Position numbers and translations under genes: made by a program. The notes beneath the pieces are model-generated. The model had not been told where the DNA came from. It saw only the letters and a list, made by a program, of their open reading frames with translations, and did no database searches. Source: Octopus vulgaris (Eukaryota). Taken from it: a stretch of DNA of 64,000 nt. Positions within the stretch are counted from its first letter, which is position 1. Every line of letters starts with the position of its first letter. Location of the stretch: contig OX597836.1 in NCBI GenBank assembly GCA_951406725.2, forward strand, positions 8,680,001 through 8,744,000, read 5' to 3'. Below are positions 58,296 through 64,000 of the stretch, piece by piece.

Positions 58296-59202
58296 CGAAG
58301 GGCTTCTTTCAGTTTCCGTCTACTAAATTCACCTAAACTATAGTAGAAGAAACTTGCCCAAGATGCCACGCAGTGGGAATGAACCCGGAGCCATGTGTGA
58401 TAAGAAGCTTGCTTCCGAACTATTTGGTTCGGGGTTCAGACCCACTGCATGGCACCTTGAGCAAGTGTCTTCCGACTGACCAAGGCCGAGTAACTGGATT
58501 TGGTTGGAAACTAAAAGAAGGCCAAATTAACGAAACAACTAAATCTAAAAACACATGAAATATTCTCTACAGCTTTTTCATGATTTGCTGGAATGGCTCT
58601 CTTCGCGATATATTTACTCACTATGCGAATAAATTATTCAAATTAGTCATTACTCACTTTGCCCCATTTTAGACATCCTGTTCTTGAAAATTGAAAATTA
58701 TCACATTAGACACTGTGGGAAAAAATTGACTTGGAATCCAATAGAGAAACGACTTTTGATTGTTGAATGCCAAAATTTATCCAGATATTTTATTAGCAAC
58801 CTCATTTGCAATCGGATCAAATTTGAGCAAAAATTTCTTAAAAAAAAAAAGATTACCTGTCACCTGACAGTTTCAAAGTCTCTCAACTTCAAGAACAACA
58901 ACAACAACAACAACTATGCTGACCAATTTTCACTCCTAAAGATCCTGCAATACTTGCATTGTAATGATTCCAAACAGGTAGGGAGGAAATAATAAATCAG
59001 AAATTACTCACTTTGCCCCAGTTACCAATTTTCCCCTACCCACTAACCACGTGTCGGAGAAGGTGCTGGAAAGCTTATAACTTTAAGGGTATCGCGTCTT
59101 GCAATCTTTTCAAGCTATTGAAAAGGCTACAAGACGCAACAAAAATTTTAGAAAAATAAAAATAAGAAATAAGTGGAAATTACCGGTGAGTGTATTAAAT
59201 TA

Positions 59203-59237
<35 letters not shown>

Positions 59238-59239
<2 letters not shown>

Positions 59240-59437
59240 CGGAGATGTACTTGCATAGCAAGTGACCTGATCTGAGATCGTGTGCTGGAACGAAAACAAT
59301 TGCAGCGTGGAAAGTGTTTATAAACCATTTACGAAACACACAAAAACCGTCAGATTCACATCAACATTTAAATTTAATTTGCCAAAATATTTTCGTCGCT
59401 TCGAGACCGCGACCTGTTCACTGACAAAATTCCGTGC

Positions 59438-59441
<4 letters not shown>
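59238..59441 (-). mobile_element. ~200-bp element in (TA)n carrying a G3-C8 variant hammerhead motif
   Basis: Minus strand TTTGTCA-GTGAACA-G-GTCGC[GGTCTCGAA]GCGAC-GAAA-ATAT-T-T-TGGCAAA (59427-59378); (TA)n on both flanks. Confidence 0.6.
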
Positions 59442-59531
<90 letters not shown>

Positions 59532-59550
59532 CATACATATATATATACAT

Positions 59551-59591
<41 letters not shown>

Positions 59592-59594
59592 TAC

Positions 59595-59682
<88 letters not shown>

Positions 59683-60472
59683 GTATATATATATATATGT
59701 ATATATACATACATGTACGTGTGTGTATATACAGGTATACATATCTAGAAGTGTAATTAGAACGGTGAGCCGTTAAAATACATTCAGAAATACCTTGACA
59801 GAAACACCACTCTCAAATTGATAATTATCGTAACATAAATACATTTCCTTCACAAATAATTCCCATTCCTCATTATAATATTGGTGAGAATAATTAGTTC
59901 TGCGAGTGTTCTTTATTTGTTCTTCTTTCCTTTTCTTTTTTCATTTAGTTATTTATTTATATTTTTGAGAAAGAGAGAGAGACAGGGAAAGAGAGACTAC
60001 GAAAGAGAAGAAAGAGAGAAAGAGCGACCGGGAGAGAGAGGTAGAGGGAGAGAGAAAGATTATGTGATTACTGTTCTGTGAAATGGTAATTCCAGTTTAG
60101 CATTAATCTGATTAGATCTAGACTTATATAAACCATTATTTTTTAAACATTTTATTCACAGATCATACATATGTAAATATCAGCCAACAAGCATCTCATT
60201 GTATTCTGCCCCAGCCGTGGGACGATACGGTCTGTAGAGTCACGCTTATGCAAGAATTCTCATCTGCAAGAAGAATATATAAATATATAGGCGCAGGAGT
60301 GGCTGTGTGGTAAGAAGTTTGGTTCCCAAACCACATGGTTCCGGGTTCAATCCCATTCTATGACAGCTTGGGCAAGTGTCTTCTACTATAGCTTCGGGCC
60401 GACCAAAGCCTCGTGAGTGGATTTGGTAGACGGAAACTGAAAGAAGCCTGTCATATACACACACACACACAT

Positions 60473-60504
<32 letters not shown>

Positions 60505-60921
60505 CGTGGCACTCCGTCGGTTGCGACGTCGTGGGTCCCAGCTGATACGATCAACAGAACAGCTTGCTCGGGAAATCAACTTTGTTTGTCCCTTCTATGT
60601 TTATCCCTTTGTGGGCAATAAAGAAATAAGAACATACAGACGGTCGAAATGCCGCTAAGCATTTTGTTCAGCGCGCTGGCGATTCTGCCACCTCGCTGCT
60701 TTAAGAAAGAACGAAAAATACAAAAAAGGACCAATATTAGTTCTTTGGCAAAATTCTCTAAACAGATGATGCCAAACGTCATCGCCTTTCGGTTTAGGTG
60801 AACATCTGTTGCGTGACATCTGTTTCAAACAATTTCCCCATCTGTTTTATTAAACTTTCTACTCAATTCTTGGATTTGGAAATTGAAGATATTGTTTAAC
60901 AGTTTTTTTAATAACCTGCTG

Positions 60922-61008
<87 letters not shown>

Positions 61009-61628
61009 TAATAATAATAATAATAATAAAAATAATAGTAGTGGTAGTTGTTATTGGTGGTGGTGGTAGTGATGGTAGTGGTGGTGGTGGGGATAGTAGA
61101 GGTGATGGTGGTTTTGGTGATGGTAATGGTTGTGGTGGTGATAATGGTAGTGGTGGTAATGATAGTGGTAGTGATGGTGGTGGTGATAGTGGTGATGGTT
61201 GAGGGGTGGTAGTGGTAGTGATGGTAGTGGTGGTGGTGGTTGTTGTTGTTGAGGTGGTGGTGATGGTAGTGATGATGGTGGTGGTAGTGATGGTGGTGGT
61301 AATGGTGGTGGTTGAGGTGGTGATGGTGGTGGTAGTGATGGTAGTGGTGATGGTGATAGTGATAGTAGTGATGATGATGGTGATGTTGTGTCAATGTCTG
61401 TAACATTTCCCTCCCTCCTTCCAACAACACCAACAATCAAAACAATAACAGCAACAAATACAACATTACCAACAACGACAACAAAAACAATAAAAGATGG
61501 CGTCTGAAAAAAATTTTAGTTTTGACGCGTTTTGAGAAACAAGCAGTTGGGGTTGACGGTTATTTGAGTGTGTGTGCGTACGTGTGTGTGTGCGTTCGTG
61601 TGTGTGTGTGTGAGTGTGTGTGTGTGTG

Positions 61629-61690
<62 letters not shown>

Positions 61691-61786
61691 AGTGTTAATA
61701 GGGAGGCGGTCTCTATTCAGAGAGGTGTGTTAAGTGCAAGACAAAAAAGACAGATCAGCACTCAAAGAAACCCTGTCCACGTAAAT

Positions 61787-61817
<31 letters not shown>

Positions 61818-61868
61818 CACTCAGATAGATAGATAGACAGTTAGAGAGAGAGAGATAGATAGGTAAAT

Positions 61869-61943
<75 letters not shown>

Positions 61944-61986
61944 GGGATGGATGGATAGATGGCTGGACAGAGAGACAGGCAGACAT

Positions 61987-62057
<71 letters not shown>

Positions 62058-62206
62058 CGCATCTATGTACACACCCAGGGACACGTATACACATATATCC
62101 ATGTCCGCACACAAACACATACAGACTGACACACACATAAAAGAAAAGATATGTACGAACGAAATCGACGTAAATCAACATATCTAGCAACATATCTTAC
62201 CTCATA

Positions 62207-62310
62207 CAGCGCCACCTGGTGCACTAGGACTCATGATGTCACTGCGCCACCTGGTGCACTTGAACCCATGATGTCACAGCGCCACCTGGTTAACCTTGTA
62301 CTCAGGACGC
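62207..62310 (-). repeat. Three 35-bp tandem units, each containing a CTCF-like motif
   Basis: Units start at 62207, 62242 and 62277; invariant core GCGCCACCTGGT (minus strand ACCAGGTGGCGC). Confidence 0.85.
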
Positions 62311-63081
62311 CTGCCAGACATTTCAATGCGTCATTAAAGAGTGCTACGAAAAGACCAACACCTGGCCAGGGGCTATATGCTACAGTGCACCCCCAATGTC
62401 CTACATCGAGCACATCACAGGGTCATCGATGGGGTTGTTCATCAAGCTAGATGTAGCAGTGAAAATTTCCCTCAAATTGTACCCTACTTTCTTGAAGAAA
62501 AACGACGTGATTGTCACAATTCTTGAGAAAAAACGACGGGATTGTCACAACTGGGGTGTCTTTTCTAGGAGTAAATTACAAGAATGACAACGGAAAAAAA
62601 TGGCATCCATGGTGTCAATCGACAAGCTTGAAACAGTAGCTAGATCTTACTCAAATGAATGAAAGGTAATGTAATCACTGATATACTTACAAGTATTGAG
62701 ACACTTTAAAGGATTTGATTATAAACACATCTTTTGGATTAGTTGACCTTAACTAACCAACAACAACAACCACAACCCATCGTTGCACATGCTTCAGAAA
62801 CAATTTTTGTCCCCCTTACAACAACATATTATAGTTTATTCGTATCAGGAAAAATAGCAACACGCACGCATATATATATATAATATATATAAGAAGAAAA
62901 AAAGAAAATGGAGATTAGGAAGTTGATACTTGTGTATTATTAAAAGGTAATTGGTCATCTGCACTTACAGCCGTTTCAATAAACATTAAACATTAAATTT
63001 ACATTAATGTGACATGAGCACAATATCATCAGATGTACATTTGGATTTTATATGTGTGCTTATAAATTTATTTTAGCAGAC

Positions 63082-63133
<52 letters not shown>

Positions 63134-63152
63134 CATATATACAAGGGGGCTC

Positions 63153-63201
<49 letters not shown>

Positions 63202-63261
63202 TATGTATGTATATCTATCTATATACATATATATGTATGTATATGTATGTATGTATGTATG

Positions 63262-63325
<64 letters not shown>

Positions 63326-63353
63326 CATACGTACATACATACACATACAATTG

Positions 63354-63558
63354 GAGGGGTACTGAAAAGTTCCTGGTTTTAAGGGTCTCGCGAAAAGCTT
63401 GGTTGAAGGCCCAACATTCCGAATTCTTTTACAGGGCTTAGAAAAACCAAAGGACCGCTGCAATAAGTGTGAATCTGAGAGGAGAAAAAATTAAATAAAA
63501 TCACAACCGATCCTCCTTCATTTTTTTACTCCAAAGCAGGGACTTTGTAGCATCCCTC
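63354..63558 (+). mobile_element. Mariner-derived MITE / internally deleted Tc1-mariner element
   Basis: Imperfect TIRs GAGGGGTACTGAAAAGTTCCTGGTTT and AAAGCAGGGACTTTGTAGCATCCCTC; the interior reads, with frameshifts, [21 protein letters not shown], like a mariner transposase C-terminus. Confidence 0.7.
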
Positions 63559-63744
63559 CCCTATACTATATATTGCATTCTATAGCTTTATTATTCGTCT
63601 TGTATGTTTTATTGCTAGGCTACGTTCTACTCCTGTGGTGTTCGTTAGAGATATGATGAGTTGTAAACATAGTGTCTCCCGTGGCTACAGCGCGTTGTAT
63701 AATACGTTCTGTAGTTGTGGTTGATGTAGTATTGTACAGCTATT

Positions 63745-64000
63745 GGAGGTGCAATGGCATAGTGTTTAGGGCAGCGGACTCGCAGTCGTAGGATCGCGGT
63801 TTCGATTCCCAGACCGGGTGTTGTGAGTGATTATTGAGCGAAAACACCTAAAGCCCCACGAGGCTCCGGCAGGAGTTGGTGGCGAACCCTGCTCTACTCT
63901 TTCACCACACCACAACTTTCTCTCATTCTTTCTCCCCGTTTCTGTTCTACCTGTATTTCAAAGGGGCCGGCCTTGTCACACACTCTGTGTCACACTGAAT
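63745..64000 (+). mobile_element. SINE family C-type head with an alternative 3' body
   Basis: Matches 13914-13730 for about 185 bp, then diverges; runs to the window end. Confidence 0.82.

Noticed and set aside
62207-62310. CRISPR-like array
   Set aside because: Eukaryotic context, only three units, the spacers are homologous to one another, and there are no cas genes.
62491-62552. 31-bp direct duplication (AAAAACGACG.GATTGTCACAA)
   Set aside because: A simple two-copy local duplication with no further structure.

Overview
This is eukaryotic, essentially non-coding DNA (intronic or intergenic), not a prokaryotic locus. It is saturated with microsatellites ((TA)n, (CA)n, (TACA)n, (AAT)n, (GA)n, (CAT)n, (CAC)n, (TAGA)n), which account for almost every ORF in the supplied track. 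The repeat families and microsatellite density resemble an octopus or other coleoid cephalopod genome (inference, not database-checked). Supported content: four tRNA-derived SINE families; a young 5'-truncated CR1-like LINE with an open 556-codon RT frame; fragments of a second CR1-like, two Tx1/L1-like, one R4/Dong-like and one Penelope-like retroelement; a mariner-derived MITE; and a Helentron/HINE-like element. No host protein-coding gene can be called with confidence; there are two weak exon candidates near the left end. The most interesting signal is a dispersed set of short elements, mostly sitting in or beside dinucleotide microsatellites, that carry minimal hammerhead-ribozyme motifs. 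One has an intact core directly downstream of a Penelope GIY-YIG remnant, one has a compensatory G3-C8 core, and several related elements occur as fold-back inverted duplications. There is also a 35-bp tandem trimer of CTCF-like motifs and several motif-dense unique islands. All alignments and folds were done by eye, so element boundaries are approximate.
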